NCBI GenBank assembly: GCA_022791395.1
Contig: JAAVZA010000013.1
Location: 16-64,015 of the forward strand
DNA from: Clostridia bacterium
GTDB lineage: Bacteria; Bacillota; Clostridia; TANB77; CAG-508
Direction: 5' to 3'
DNA length: 64,000 nucleotides
Position 1 is the stretch's first letter, and the number at the start of each line of letters is the position of its first letter. The position numbers and the translations under genes are program-made. The notes beneath the pieces were generated by a model. That model was given only the letters and a program-made list of their open reading frames with translations, was not told the origin of the DNA and ran no database searches. Below, one piece after another: positions 18,900 through 29,245 of this stretch.

Positions 18900-21095
18900 A
18901 TGAGAAAAGTATTATTAAAAATTGATGGAATGACTTGTAGTGCGTGTTCTACAGGTTTAGAAAAGTATTTAAATAAACAAGAGGGAATAAAGAGTGCAAC
19001 AGTTAATTTAATAATGAATAATGCAAGTATAGAGTATGATGATAAAATATTGGATATTCCTAGCCTAGAAAAGTTTGTTGAAAAAGCTGGTTTTGAAAGC
19101 TTGGGAATAGATAATTTTGAAAAAGAAGAGAAAAAGAAAAGTAATGAAAAATATAAGCTATTTGGAATTACTGTAATATCTTTATTAATTCTATATGTAT
19201 CAATGGCACATATGGTAAGCTTACCAGAAATACCATATGTAAGTATGATGAACAATTCATTAAACTATGCTTTAGCACTTCTTTTCTTAACTACTATAGT
19301 TTTATTCATAGGAAGAGATATAATAAAAAATGGATATAAAAATCTAATACATAGAACACCTAATATGGATACATTAGTTGCAATTGGAGTATTAAGTAGC
19401 TATATATATAGTTTGTTTGGAACATTTATGATATTTAAAGGAGACCTAGCATATGTTCATAATTTATATTATGAATCAGCTGCTATTGTTATTTTCTTTA
19501 TAAAAATAGGAAAATATATAGAAAATAAAAATAAAGATAAAACCAAAGAAGCATTACAGGAATTAATGACAATTACACCAAATCAAGCTGTAATTATAAG
19601 AAATGGAGAAGAAATAACAGTAACTATTGATGAAATAAAAAAAGGAGATATTGTACTTGCAAAACCAGGAGAAAAAATTGCAGTAGATGGAATAGTAATA
19701 GAAGGAACAACACATATAAATGAAGCCTTTATAACTGGAGAAAGTGTTCCTGTAAAAAAGGAAAAAGGGCAAAAAGTAATTGCAGGAAGTATTAATTATG
19801 AAGGAACAATAAAATACGAAGCAGAAAAAATAGGAAAAGAATCAACTGTATCTGAAATAGTTAGATTAGTAGTAGAAGCAACAAATACAAAAGCACCTAT
19901 AGCTAAAATTGCAGATAAAATTAGCGGATATTTTGTACCTACCATTATAGTATTAAGCATAATAAGTTTTCTTGTATGGCTAATAATTACAAAAAATATA
20001 GCCTTTGCAATAAACATATTTGTAACAATATTGGTAGTAGCTTGTCCTTGTAGTTTAGGACTTGCAACGCCACTTGCAATTGTAATAGCATCAGGTAATG
20101 CAAGTAAGAAGGGTATACTTGTAAAGACAAGTGAAGCCTTAGAAAATGCACACAAAGTAAAAACGATTTGTTTTGATAAAACAGGAACTTTAACAAAAGG
20201 AAAGCTAACAATTTCTAAAATTTATAACTATAGTAATTTGGAAGAAAAAGAAATAATAAAAATTGTTGCAAGTATAGAGAAAAAATCAGAACATCCAATT
20301 GCAAGAGCTATTGTAACAGAGGCTGAGGAAAATAGAATAGATTTAGAAGAAGTAGAAGGATTTGAAGCAATATCAGGATATGGAGTAAAGGCTAAGCTTG
20401 AAAATAATGAGTATTTCATTGGAAATAGAAAACTAATGGAAGAACACAATATAAAAATTAAAAATAATGAAGACGAAATAAATTTAACAAATGAAGGAAA
20501 TAGTATTCTATTTGTAGCGAAGAATAAAGAACTACTTTGTGTGATTGGTGTGAAAGATGTTTTAAAAGATAATGTAGAAAATGTGATAGCAGAATTAAAA
20601 GAAAAAGATATAGAAATTGTAATGCTTACAGGAGATAACGAAAAAACAGCAGAATTTATTGCATCAAAAATAGGAATAGATAAAGTTATAGCTAATGTTT
20701 TACCAAAACAAAAGGCAGAAGAAATTTCTAAATTAAAAGAACAAGGAATTGTTATGATGTGTGGAGATGGAATAAATGATAGTGTAAGCTTAGTAACAGC
20801 AGATATTGGAGTTTCCATTTCAAGTGGAACAGATATTGCAATGGACAGTAGTAATGTGGTGCTTATGAGTGAAAATTTAGAGAAAATAAATGATTTAATA
20901 ACTTTAAGTAAAAAGACTATAAGAAATATAAAACAAAACTTATTTTGGGCATTTTTCTATAATATTTGTATGATACCAATAGCAGCAGGAGTATTAGAAC
21001 CATTTGGAATAACAATGAATCCAATGTTTGCAGCATTAGCCATGACAATAAGTAGTATAACAGTAGTATTAAATGCACTAAGATTAAAAAGATAG
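18900..21095 (+). CDS. copA: Copper-translocating P1B-type ATPase CopA
   Basis: N-terminal HMA GMTCSACS, CPC, DKTGTLT, GDGINDS motifs. Confidence 0.9.
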   Translation: MRKVLLKIDGMTCSACSTGLEKYLNKQEGIKSATVNLIMNNASIEYDDKILDIPSLEKFVEKAGFESLGIDNFEKEEKKKSNEKYKLFGITVISLLILYVSMAHMVSLPEIPYVSMMNNSLNYALALLFLTTIVLFIGRDIIKNGYKNLIHRTPNMDTLVAIGVLSSYIYSLFGTFMIFKGDLAYVHNLYYESAAIVIFFIKIGKYIENKNKDKTKEALQELMTITPNQAVIIRNGEEITVTIDEIKKGDIVLAKPGEKIAVDGIVIEGTTHINEAFITGESVPVKKEKGQKVIAGSINYEGTIKYEAEKIGKESTVSEIVRLVVEATNTKAPIAKIADKISGYFVPTIIVLSIISFLVWLIITKNIAFAINIFVTILVVACPCSLGLATPLAIVIASGNASKKGILVKTSEALENAHKVKTICFDKTGTLTKGKLTISKIYNYSNLEEKEIIKIVASIEKKSEHPIARAIVTEAEENRIDLEEVEGFEAISGYGVKAKLENNEYFIGNRKLMEEHNIKIKNNEDEINLTNEGNSILFVAKNKELLCVIGVKDVLKDNVENVIAELKEKDIEIVMLTGDNEKTAEFIASKIGIDKVIANVLPKQKAEEISKLKEQGIVMMCGDGINDSVSLVTADIGVSISSGTDIAMDSSNVVLMSENLEKINDLITLSKKTIRNIKQNLFWAFFYNICMIPIAAGVLEPFGITMNPMFAALAMTISSITVVLNALRLKR

Positions 21096-21104
21096 GAGAA
21101 ATAA

Positions 21105-21849
21105 ATGTCGAATCAATTTTCAAGAACAGAACTATTAATAGGTAGTAGAGGTATAGAAAAATTAAATAATGCAAAGGTTGCAGTATTTGGCATAGGTGGA
21201 GTAGGCTCATTTGTAGTAGAAGGATTAGTAAGAGCGGGTATACGGAAAATTTATATTAGTGGATCACGATAAAATTAGTTTAACTAATATAAATAGGCAA
21301 ATACATGCAAACCATAACACCATAGGTAAGTATAAAGTAGATGAAATAAAGAAAAGAATTTTAGAAATAAATCCAAATGCAAAAGTGGAAACCTTTAAAG
21401 AATTTTATTTACCAGATTGTAAAGAAAGAATATTAGATAATACTATATCATATGTAGTAGATAGTATAGATACAGTTACTGCAAAAATTGAATTAGTAGT
21501 GAATTGCGAAAAATTAAATATACCTATTATATCAGCAATGGGAACAGGAAATAAATTAGATCCAACTAAATTTGAAATTGCAGATATATATAAAACTAAA
21601 GTATGTCCTTTAGCAAAAGTTATGAGAAAAGAATTACGAAAAAGAGGAATAAATAGCTTAAAAGTTCTTTATTCACAAGAGGAGCCTTTAAAACAAGACA
21701 TAGCTTTAGAAGAAGATAGTAGAGAAGAATGTTGTAAAGAAGATGATAGTAATTCTAAAAAACAAGTACCAGGCAGTATATCGTTTGTTCCATCAGTAGC
21801 AGGACTTATAATAGCAGGGGAAGTAATAAAAGATATTATAAAAAGTTAA
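21105..21849 (+). CDS. tcdA: tRNA threonylcarbamoyladenosine dehydratase (ThiF/MoeB-like TcdA); extra C at ~21243 (ATA-C-GGA)
   Basis: GIGGVGSFVVEGLVRAGI-GKFILVD...NINRQIHA continuous after removing C. Confidence 0.75.
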
Positions 21850-21865
21850 AGTAGGAGTAATACAA

Positions 21866-23155
21866 ATGAAAGATGAAAAAGAAATACGAAAAATAAGAAG
21901 AAATAATGCTAAACTTTATCCAATATATAAGATGTTTTCATGGGATTTGTTATTTTTCTATTCAATAGAGTTTTTATTTTATACAATTACTAAAAAGGTA
22001 ACTGCATCAGAAGTGTTAATAATAAATGGATTTTACTTATTATTTAGAAATTTAATGCAAATACCAGCAGTTACTATTACAGATTTTTTAGGAAAAAGAA
22101 AAAGTATAATCTTAGGAAATATAATGCTTATTATATTTGCATTAGCTCTTATATTTATACCAGGAGCAATAGGTGTTATAATAGCAGATTTAGTATTTGC
22201 TTTAGGATATGATATAAAAACAATAGCAGAAGCCAATATCTTGTATGATTCAGTTTCAACAAAAGGAGGAGAAGGATTATATTCTAAAATAGATGCAAAG
22301 GGCGGAAGCTGGTACTATATATTAGATGGTATAGCATCATTAACAGCTGGATATTTATTTGTGTTTAATAATTATCTTCCAATAATAGTATGTTTAGTAT
22401 TCATTATAATTTCAACTATTTTATCATTTGGATTTAAAGATATATATCCAGTAAAAAGAAATAAAAATGAAAAAATAAATATATTTGGAGCTTTAAGGAC
22501 TTATAAAGAGGATTTAAAAATTTCCTTTAAATTTATTGTAAAATCTAAAAGAATGAAAGCATTTATATTATTTCAAATTGTATTTTATAGTTTAATAGAG
22601 ATTATAGATACATATAATAGTGATTTACTTGTTAATATAGGAATACCAGAAGAACAATTTTCAATGATATTTGCAGTTCTTACTTTTATTAGTGGTATTT
22701 CATTATCACTAAAAAGGCCAATAGAAAAGAAATTTAAAAATAGAACATTATCATTTTTATCTTTAACATATATAGGAGCATGTATAATAATTGGAGTAAT
22801 TGCAAGTTATTATAAGGGTACAATTATAATACCAATTGTGTTAATAATGTATGCAGTACAAAAAATGAGTACATCAACATGGTATATATTAGAAACTAAA
22901 TATTTAAGAAATTTTACAAATGAAGAAATGAGAAACAAAATAACAGGCGCATATGAACTTATTGGAGGAATAGCTGCAAGTACTTTTTCTATTTTAGGAG
23001 GATTACTTCTAGAAGTATTTAAAGTTGAAAATGCATTTTTAATTGTTGGTTTATTTTCATTTGCTTGTATGGTGGTGGTTTTAGATTATATGAGAAAAAG
23101 ATTTGGTCTAAAACCAGAAGAGTATAAGAAAGAAGATATAGAATTTATGGAGTAG
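21866..23155 (+). CDS. Polytopic membrane transporter, MFS-like (12 TM)
   Basis: Hydrophobicity pattern, 429 aa. Confidence 0.45.
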   Translation: MKDEKEIRKIRRNNAKLYPIYKMFSWDLLFFYSIEFLFYTITKKVTASEVLIINGFYLLFRNLMQIPAVTITDFLGKRKSIILGNIMLIIFALALIFIPGAIGVIIADLVFALGYDIKTIAEANILYDSVSTKGGEGLYSKIDAKGGSWYYILDGIASLTAGYLFVFNNYLPIIVCLVFIIISTILSFGFKDIYPVKRNKNEKINIFGALRTYKEDLKISFKFIVKSKRMKAFILFQIVFYSLIEIIDTYNSDLLVNIGIPEEQFSMIFAVLTFISGISLSLKRPIEKKFKNRTLSFLSLTYIGACIIIGVIASYYKGTIIIPIVLIMYAVQKMSTSTWYILETKYLRNFTNEEMRNKITGAYELIGGIAASTFSILGGLLLEVFKVENAFLIVGLFSFACMVVVLDYMRKRFGLKPEEYKKEDIEFME

Positions 23156-23180
23156 TAGATAAAAAAAGGAGAGGTTCTAT

Positions 23181-23423
23181 ATGAGTGCTTTTAGTGAAAA
23201 AGAAAAAAGAAATTATAGATTAAAAAAACATATAAAGGATCATTTATTTGAATATCTTTTAGACATTGTCGGACCATTATTGTTTACAATGTTGTTACTA
23301 TATATTTGTAAAGCTGAAAACTATATTTATGGCATTTGTTTATCTATTGCATATTCATGTGGAAAAGTGTTTTATAATTTATATTATTATAAAAAAGAGC
23401 ATATTGATTTAGATGTTAAATAG
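23181..23423 (+). CDS. Small membrane protein (80 aa)
   Basis: ORF with RBS, TM segment. Confidence 0.4.
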   Translation: MSAFSEKEKRNYRLKKHIKDHLFEYLLDIVGPLLFTMLLLYICKAENYIYGICLSIAYSCGKVFYNLYYYKKEHIDLDVK

Positions 23424-23442
23424 TTAAGAGAGGAAGGTTAAA

Positions 23443-23652
23443 ATGAGTAAATATGATCCTTTGTGGAAATATTTAAAAGATAATAATAAAGAAAGTTATA
23501 AATTAGCTTATGAAGAAATTAAAAACATATTAGGATTTTGTATAGATCATTCATTTTTAACATATAAAAAAGAAGCAAAAGATTATGGATATGAAGTAGG
23601 AAAGATATCAATGAAGGAGAAAAGTGTGATTTTTAATAAGATAAGTAAATAA
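23443..23652 (+). CDS. Hypothetical small protein (69 aa)
   Basis: ORF with RBS GAGGAAGG. Confidence 0.4.
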   Translation: MSKYDPLWKYLKDNNKESYKLAYEEIKNILGFCIDHSFLTYKKEAKDYGYEVGKISMKEKSVIFNKISK

Positions 23653-23706
23653 ACTTATAATAATAATTAAAATAAGAACATAAACTAGCTTATAAGGAGG
23701 AGGCTT

Positions 23707-24344
23707 ATGAAAGTATTATTAGTAAATGGAGGACCACACGAAAAGGGATGTACATATACAGCATTAGAAGAGGTTTCAAAAACATTAAAGGAAGAAGGAA
23801 TAGAGACAGAGATTTTTTGGATTGGTAATAAACCAGTACGGAGGATGTATTGCTTGTAAAAAATGTAAAGAACTTGGGAAATGTGTATTTAAGGATGTTG
23901 TGAATGAGTTTGTAGAAAAAGCTGAAAATGCAGATGGATTTATATTTGGTAGTCCAGTACACTATGCAGGAGCTTCAGGAAATATGACAGGGTTTATGGA
24001 TAGAGTATTTTATTCAAGCTCTCAGGCACGGAAAAAGTAAAGCATTTTTATTTAAACCAGTTTCTACTGTTATATCTGCGAGAAGAGCAGGAACCACTGC
24101 AACCTATGATCAACTAAATAAGTATTTTGGAATTACGCAAATGCCAATCATTTCTTCAAGGTATTGGAATATGGTACATGGTCAAACACCGGATGATGTA
24201 AGAAAAGATGAAGAAGGTATGCAAATTATGAGGATTCTTGGAAGAAATATGGCATATTTTTTAAAATGTATAGAAGCTGGAAAGAAAAATGGAGTTAGTA
24301 TGCCTGTTCAAGAAAAAACTAACTTCACAAATTTTATAAAATAG
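23707..24344 (+). CDS. Iron-sulfur flavoprotein / NADPH-dependent FMN reductase family; two extra C at ~23840 (GTA-C-GGA) and ~24029 (GCA-C-GGA)
   Basis: MKVLLVNGGPHEKGCTY, CIACKKC, FIFGSPVHYAGASG; three track ORFs rejoin into one 211-aa protein after removing both C. Confidence 0.75.
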
Positions 24345-24421
24345 GAAGTATTATATTAACAAAAAAATTAAGGTAAAGTAAAATTAAAGGTAAGGGTTAT
24401 GTTGATAAATCCACATAAAAA

Positions 24422-24458
24422 TAGAGCAATTATATTGATAATTGCTCTATTTTGTGTT
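24422..24458 (+). terminator. Rho-independent terminator
   Basis: ATAGAGCAATTA...TAATTGCTCTAT hairpin + TTTGTG. Confidence 0.6.
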
Positions 24459-24512
24459 AAGATAGCAAACAGCGCATTTGAAAACTAAAGAAAGGGGCAA
24501 AAGATTTACAAA

Positions 24513-25838
24513 ATGGAATTATCAGATCATTTTACATACAGGAAATTAATAAAGTTTACAATACCAACAATTGTAATGATGATATTTACATCAATATATG
24601 GAATAGTAGATGGAATATTTGTATCAAATTGTGTAGGTGCAGACGCATTTGCATCAGTTAATTTAATTATGCCAGCATTAATGATTTTAGGAACAGTAGG
24701 TTTTATGATTGGAACAGGAGGAAGTGCTCTAGTTTCAAAAACAATAGGAGAAGGCGATAAGAAAAAAGCAAATGAATATTTTTCAATGCTAGTATATTTA
24801 CTAGTTATAATAGGTCTTGTATTAACAATTATGGGGGTATTTGCAATAAAGCCAGCAGCTCGCTTGCTAGGAGCAGATGATAATATGATTAAAGATTGTG
24901 TAACTTATGGAACTACTATAATTTTATTTTTAGTACCATTTGTATTACAAAATTGTTTTCAAAGTTTTATAATTGTGGCAGGAAAGCCTACTTTTGGATT
25001 AGTTGTTTCAATTATTATGGGATTAACCAATATGTTTTTAGATTTTCTATTTATGTATGTAATTAAAATGGGAGTATTTGGTGCAGCACTTGCAACAGGA
25101 ATAAGCCAATCTATAGGATGTATTGTACCACTTGCATATTTTATAAATAAAAATAATAAATCAATAAGGTTGGTAAAAGCAAAATTTGATGGAAAAGCAA
25201 TTTTACAGTCTTGTATAAACGGTTCATCTGAAATGTTATCAAATTTATCTATGTCGCTGGTTAATATGTTATACAATATACAGCTTATGAAATATATTGG
25301 TTCAAATGGTGTTGTTGCATATGGAATTATTATGTATGTAGGTTTTATATTTGTAGGAACATATCTAGGATATAGTGTAGGAACAGCACCAATTATAGGG
25401 TATCACTATGGAGCTAAAAATACAGACGAATTAAAAAGTTTACTAAAGAAAAGTTTAAGATTAATATTAATAACTTCAATTATTATGACAGGGCTTGCGG
25501 AAATATCATCAAAATTATTAGCTTCAATATTTGTAAGCTATGATATAGAATTACTTGAAATGACAACTAGAGCAATTAGATTATTTTCATTAGCATATCT
25601 TATTAGTGGATTTAATATATTTGCATCATCTTTCTTTACAGCACTAAATAATGGAGTAGTTTCAGGAATTATATCTTTTTTAAGAACATTAGTATTTGGA
25701 ATTTTAATGATATTACTACTTCCTTTAATTATAGGAATAGATGGAATATGGCTTGCTGTAGTTTTTGCTGAAATATTAGCATTAATAGTTAGTTTTGTAT
25801 TTTTGAAAGTAAACAAAAATAAATATCAATATGCTTAA
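24513..25838 (+). CDS. MATE family efflux transporter
   Basis: 12 TM, 441 aa, MATE-like repeats. Confidence 0.7.
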   Translation: MELSDHFTYRKLIKFTIPTIVMMIFTSIYGIVDGIFVSNCVGADAFASVNLIMPALMILGTVGFMIGTGGSALVSKTIGEGDKKKANEYFSMLVYLLVIIGLVLTIMGVFAIKPAARLLGADDNMIKDCVTYGTTIILFLVPFVLQNCFQSFIIVAGKPTFGLVVSIIMGLTNMFLDFLFMYVIKMGVFGAALATGISQSIGCIVPLAYFINKNNKSIRLVKAKFDGKAILQSCINGSSEMLSNLSMSLVNMLYNIQLMKYIGSNGVVAYGIIMYVGFIFVGTYLGYSVGTAPIIGYHYGAKNTDELKSLLKKSLRLILITSIIMTGLAEISSKLLASIFVSYDIELLEMTTRAIRLFSLAYLISGFNIFASSFFTALNNGVVSGIISFLRTLVFGILMILLLPLIIGIDGIWLAVVFAEILALIVSFVFLKVNKNKYQYA

Positions 25839-25845
25839 AATTTTA

Positions 25846-25870
25846 ATGCCCCATATGTATGGGGCATTTT
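25846..25870. terminator. Bidirectional terminator (AATGCCCCATATGTATGGGGCATT)
   Basis: Perfect palindrome between convergent genes. Confidence 0.7.
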
Positions 25871-25871
25871 C

Positions 25872-26423
25872 TTATAGAGAAATTGTATTATAAATACTAG
25901 ATATATTACCTGTTTGTTCACCAGTTGCTACAATAATTGGATAATAATTATTTTTTGCCATCCATTCATAGACTTCATAAGAATGATTACAACTCATTGT
26001 ATAAGCGTCTTTCAAGAATTGTCTTAATTTTGGATTAGTAGCTTCCATTGAAGAAATAGCATATTCTTTACCAGCTCTTTTAAGAGTTAGGAAATACGAT
26101 AAAGCAATTTCTCTATCTGTTAATTTAGTAACGTTAGTATTAACAGTAATAGGCGTAGCTTGCTTTGTTTCATTAATATCACTAGAGAAAATAGAAGTAT
26201 TTAACTCTGGAACGTTTAATTTTCCTGTGGCAGTATCAACGTTTTTTACAAATTCTACTTTTTTATTATAATCTTCAATATGAATTGGAAAATGAGTATT
26301 CAATATAGATTTTAATTCTTCATCAGTAACTTGATTTTTAAATAATGACATACAAGTAATTGTGTTAACACAACTTGTAATTAATTCATTCAAATAACTT
26401 AATTCACATATTGTTAATTTCAT
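25872..26423 (-). CDS. Spore coat protein F-like (CotF family)
   Basis: Coat F domain similarity (LTDREIALSYFLTLKRAGKEYAISSMEATNPKLRQ). Confidence 0.55.
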   Translation of the reverse strand: MKLTICELSYLNELITSCVNTITCMSLFKNQVTDEELKSILNTHFPIHIEDYNKKVEFVKNVDTATGKLNVPELNTSIFSSDINETKQATPITVNTNVTKLTDREIALSYFLTLKRAGKEYAISSMEATNPKLRQFLKDAYTMSCNHSYEVYEWMAKNNYYPIIVATGEQTGNISSIYNTISL

Positions 26424-26514
26424 AAAAACACCTCCAAGTTTTATAAAAAATAGTATAACCCATTAAAAAAACAATATACTATTGAAAGTTGCAAAGTAAA
26501 TATTATAAAAAAAT

Positions 26515-26560
26515 TAAAAAACTATTGACTTTGAGTTAACTCTAAGTGATATATAATAGG
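26515..26560 (+). promoter_or_regulatory. MerR-type promoter/operator (TTGACT-19 bp spacer with dyad ACTTTGAGTTAACTCTAAGT-TATATAAT); near-identical copy at 51035..51075
   Basis: 19-bp spacer, 18/20 dyad symmetry, ~45-nt block shared with merR promoter. Confidence 0.55.
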
Positions 26561-26589
26561 TATACAAAAATAAAGAGAGGAAGGATAAA

Positions 26590-27471
26590 ATGGAAAAAGC
26601 AAAAGTTTATTTTACAAGGGAAATAACCCCAGAAAATGTAGTTAAAATGTATCAAGCATTAAATAAAGCATTGCCAGGAAAAGTTGCTATTAAAGTACAT
26701 TCAGGAGAAGAAGGAAATCAAAATTATCTGCACCCAGAATTTATGAAACAAATGGTAGAATATGTAAAGGGAACAATAGTAGAATGTAATACAGCATATG
26801 AAGGAGAAAGAAATACTACTGATAAGCATCAAAAATTAATGGAAAAACACGGATGGAGTAAATACTTTGAGGTTGATATTTTGGATGCTGAGGGAGAAGA
26901 TAAAGTACTTGAAATACCAAAGGGTAAAGTAATTAAGCAAAACTATGTTGGAAAAAACATAGATAATTATGATTCAATGCTTGTATTATCACACTTTAAA
27001 GGTCATCCAATGGGGGGATATGGTGGAGCATTAAAACAATTATCTATTGGTGTTGCATCATCAGAAGGAAAATCTTGGATACATTCCGCTGGAAAAACAA
27101 AAGATCAAACAATATTATGGGATAATATTGCAAAACAAGATGAATTTTTAGAAGCTATGGCAGATAGTGCATCTTCTGTTGTAAATTATTTTAAAGATAA
27201 AATCGCTTATATAAATATTATGTGTAATATGAGTGTTGATTGTGATTGTTGTTCAGTAGCAGAAGATCCTTGTATAAAAGATATAGGGATTTTAGCAAGT
27301 TTAGATCCTGTTGCAATTGACCAAGCTTGTATTGATTTAGTTAAAAATTCAGATGATGAAGGAAAAGCACATTTCTTAGAAAGAGTTGAATCAAGACACG
27401 GAACACATACAATAGATGCAGCAGAAGAATTAGGTATTGGAACAAAACAATACGAACTTATAGAGTTATAA
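26590..27471 (+). CDS. DUF362 domain Fe-S protein
   Basis: Cys-rich CDCCSVAEDPC motif, 293 aa. Confidence 0.55.
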   Translation: MEKAKVYFTREITPENVVKMYQALNKALPGKVAIKVHSGEEGNQNYLHPEFMKQMVEYVKGTIVECNTAYEGERNTTDKHQKLMEKHGWSKYFEVDILDAEGEDKVLEIPKGKVIKQNYVGKNIDNYDSMLVLSHFKGHPMGGYGGALKQLSIGVASSEGKSWIHSAGKTKDQTILWDNIAKQDEFLEAMADSASSVVNYFKDKIAYINIMCNMSVDCDCCSVAEDPCIKDIGILASLDPVAIDQACIDLVKNSDDEGKAHFLERVESRHGTHTIDAAEELGIGTKQYELIEL

Positions 27472-27485
27472 GGAGGATTAGATTT

Positions 27486-28049
27486 ATGAAAGAAAAAGTA
27501 TTAGAAAAAAATAATCATTTATCACAAATATTATCAAGCACAAAAGCAAAATACATTATAGGAACAGTTTTACTATCAGGTATAGGAATTACACTTCCTA
27601 GGATATTTCATATACTAGCAGGAAATACAGCAGGGGCTACATTTTTACCAATGCACATTGCAGTACTAATTGCAGCGCTAACATTTGGAATTACAAGTAG
27701 TGCTATTGTTGCAGGAAGTTCTGTAATATTTAGTTACTTATTAACAGGAATGCCTAGTCTTGCTAGATTACCATATATGTTAATAGAGTTACTAATTTAT
27801 GCAGTGTTACTTAGTATATTTAACAAAAAATTCAATTCATATATATCATTAATTGCTACAATTGTATTGGGAAGAGTAGTTTATGCAGGAGTATTAGCCT
27901 TTGCAATAAATGTAATTGGCTTATCTACTTATGGAATTTCTGTTATAGAAAGTATTAAAATAGGATTACCAGGAATTGTGATACAATTACTATGTATTCC
28001 TATAATTGTAAAAATAATGAATGAAAGGTTACAATTAAAAAATGACTAA
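27486..28049 (+). CDS. ECF transporter S component-like membrane protein
   Basis: 5-6 TM, 187 aa. Confidence 0.45.
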   Translation: MKEKVLEKNNHLSQILSSTKAKYIIGTVLLSGIGITLPRIFHILAGNTAGATFLPMHIAVLIAALTFGITSSAIVAGSSVIFSYLLTGMPSLARLPYMLIELLIYAVLLSIFNKKFNSYISLIATIVLGRVVYAGVLAFAINVIGLSTYGISVIESIKIGLPGIVIQLLCIPIIVKIMNERLQLKND

Positions 28050-28446
28050 TTTAGAAATTGTAAAACAAAAATTATATGAAGATAATGCAAGTTTAGTAGT
28101 GCTATTTAAAGATGGAACTTGTAAAAAATATTATCATAGAAGAGTAGAGGATATTGTATCTATATTAAAAAAAGATAAAGACGCATTAAAGGGTGCTACA
28201 ATTGCTGATAAAGTAATAGGAAAAGTTGCAGGAAGTATATTAACAGTGGCAGGGGTAAGTGAGATATATGCAGATGTAATAAGTGAATTTGCAATGCCTG
28301 TTTTAGAGGAACATAGTATTAAATACGAATATAAAAATAAAGTAGATTTTATTATAAATAATGACAAAACAGGAATGTGCCCAATGGAAAATAAGTTTAA
28401 AGATGAAAAAGATTTAAACAATATCTATAATTATTTTGTTAAATAA
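28042..28446 (+). CDS. DUF1893 (TM1506-like) protein
   Basis: Family-like sequence, overlaps upstream gene by 8 nt. Confidence 0.45.
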   Translation: MTNLEIVKQKLYEDNASLVVLFKDGTCKKYYHRRVEDIVSILKKDKDALKGATIADKVIGKVAGSILTVAGVSEIYADVISEFAMPVLEEHSIKYEYKNKVDFIINNDKTGMCPMENKFKDEKDLNNIYNYFVK

Positions 28447-28448
28447 AA

Positions 28449-28488
28449 ATAGAGGCTTCATAGAATATTAGCTATGAAGCCTCTAACT
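28449..28488. terminator. Bidirectional terminator (AGAGGCTTCATAG...CTATGAAGCCTCT)
   Basis: 13-bp perfect stem between convergent genes. Confidence 0.75.
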
Positions 28489-28489
28489 A

Positions 28490-29245
28490 TTATAAATCTT
28501 CAACTAAATCTTGCCAATATTTTTTGGGCATAAATTGCATTCTTAATTTAGAATTTTTTCTTTCTTTAATTCCTATAGATGTATAAAAAGTTTTCCATAA
28601 AGATTGATAATATAGTTCTTCTTCTGGTAAAGAGGTGATTTTTAGATTATCTGCTTCTATAATAATATAATCTTTTTTGTTATATAATAGTGCAATGTTT
28701 CTAATTTTATCGTGTATTATAAGGTTTTCATTTGGAAGTCTTTTAATAAAATGATGTCCTAATAGTTCTAATATGTTATTATCTGGATGAATTTTAGCAT
28801 AAAACATTCCATTAGATAGTTTCATAAATCTAACTAAACCACATAACCTATGAAATTCACCAAAAACACGTTTACTGGTTTTTTCTAGTTTTAATACTGT
28901 ATCGTTTGTTAATAAATGGTCTAATTTATTTCCAATTTGAAAACCTAAAAGTAAGTATTGTACAATATAGGTTTCTTTATTTATAACATTAGATAAAAAC
29001 ATATGATAAGCAGTATATAGTGCATGATAGGATATGTTTTTTAGTATCCCAGAGGAAATTCTATTTGCTTTTTCATCATCAGTTTTTATAAGTTGATATT
29101 CACAAAATAAGTCTAATTCAAAATTAGAAGTAACAATTCTATTAGGTATGGTTTTAGAAATATAACTATCAAAAACAATAGTAAGTAGGCCATTAAAAGA
29201 GCCATCATATATATAAGCAACATCTACAAATTTCCACTGATACAT
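28490..29245 (-). CDS. TIGR03915-family probable DNA metabolism protein (uracil-DNA glycosylase-like), partner of the radical SAM protein
   Basis: Family pairing and size (251 aa); overlaps partner by 22 nt. Confidence 0.6.
   Translation of the reverse strand: MYQWKFVDVAYIYDGSFNGLLTIVFDSYISKTIPNRIVTSNFELDLFCEYQLIKTDDEKANRISSGILKNISYHALYTAYHMFLSNVINKETYIVQYLLLGFQIGNKLDHLLTNDTVLKLEKTSKRVFGEFHRLCGLVRFMKLSNGMFYAKIHPDNNILELLGHHFIKRLPNENLIIHDKIRNIALLYNKKDYIIIEADNLKITSLPEEELYYQSLWKTFYTSIGIKERKNSKLRMQFMPKKYWQDLVEDL

Noticed and set aside
18897-18902. copZ-copA as one fused gene via stop-codon readthrough
   Set aside because: Clean TAA stop, RBS-like GAGG in place, and CopA already has its own N-terminal HMA domain. 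Two-gene arrangement is standard.
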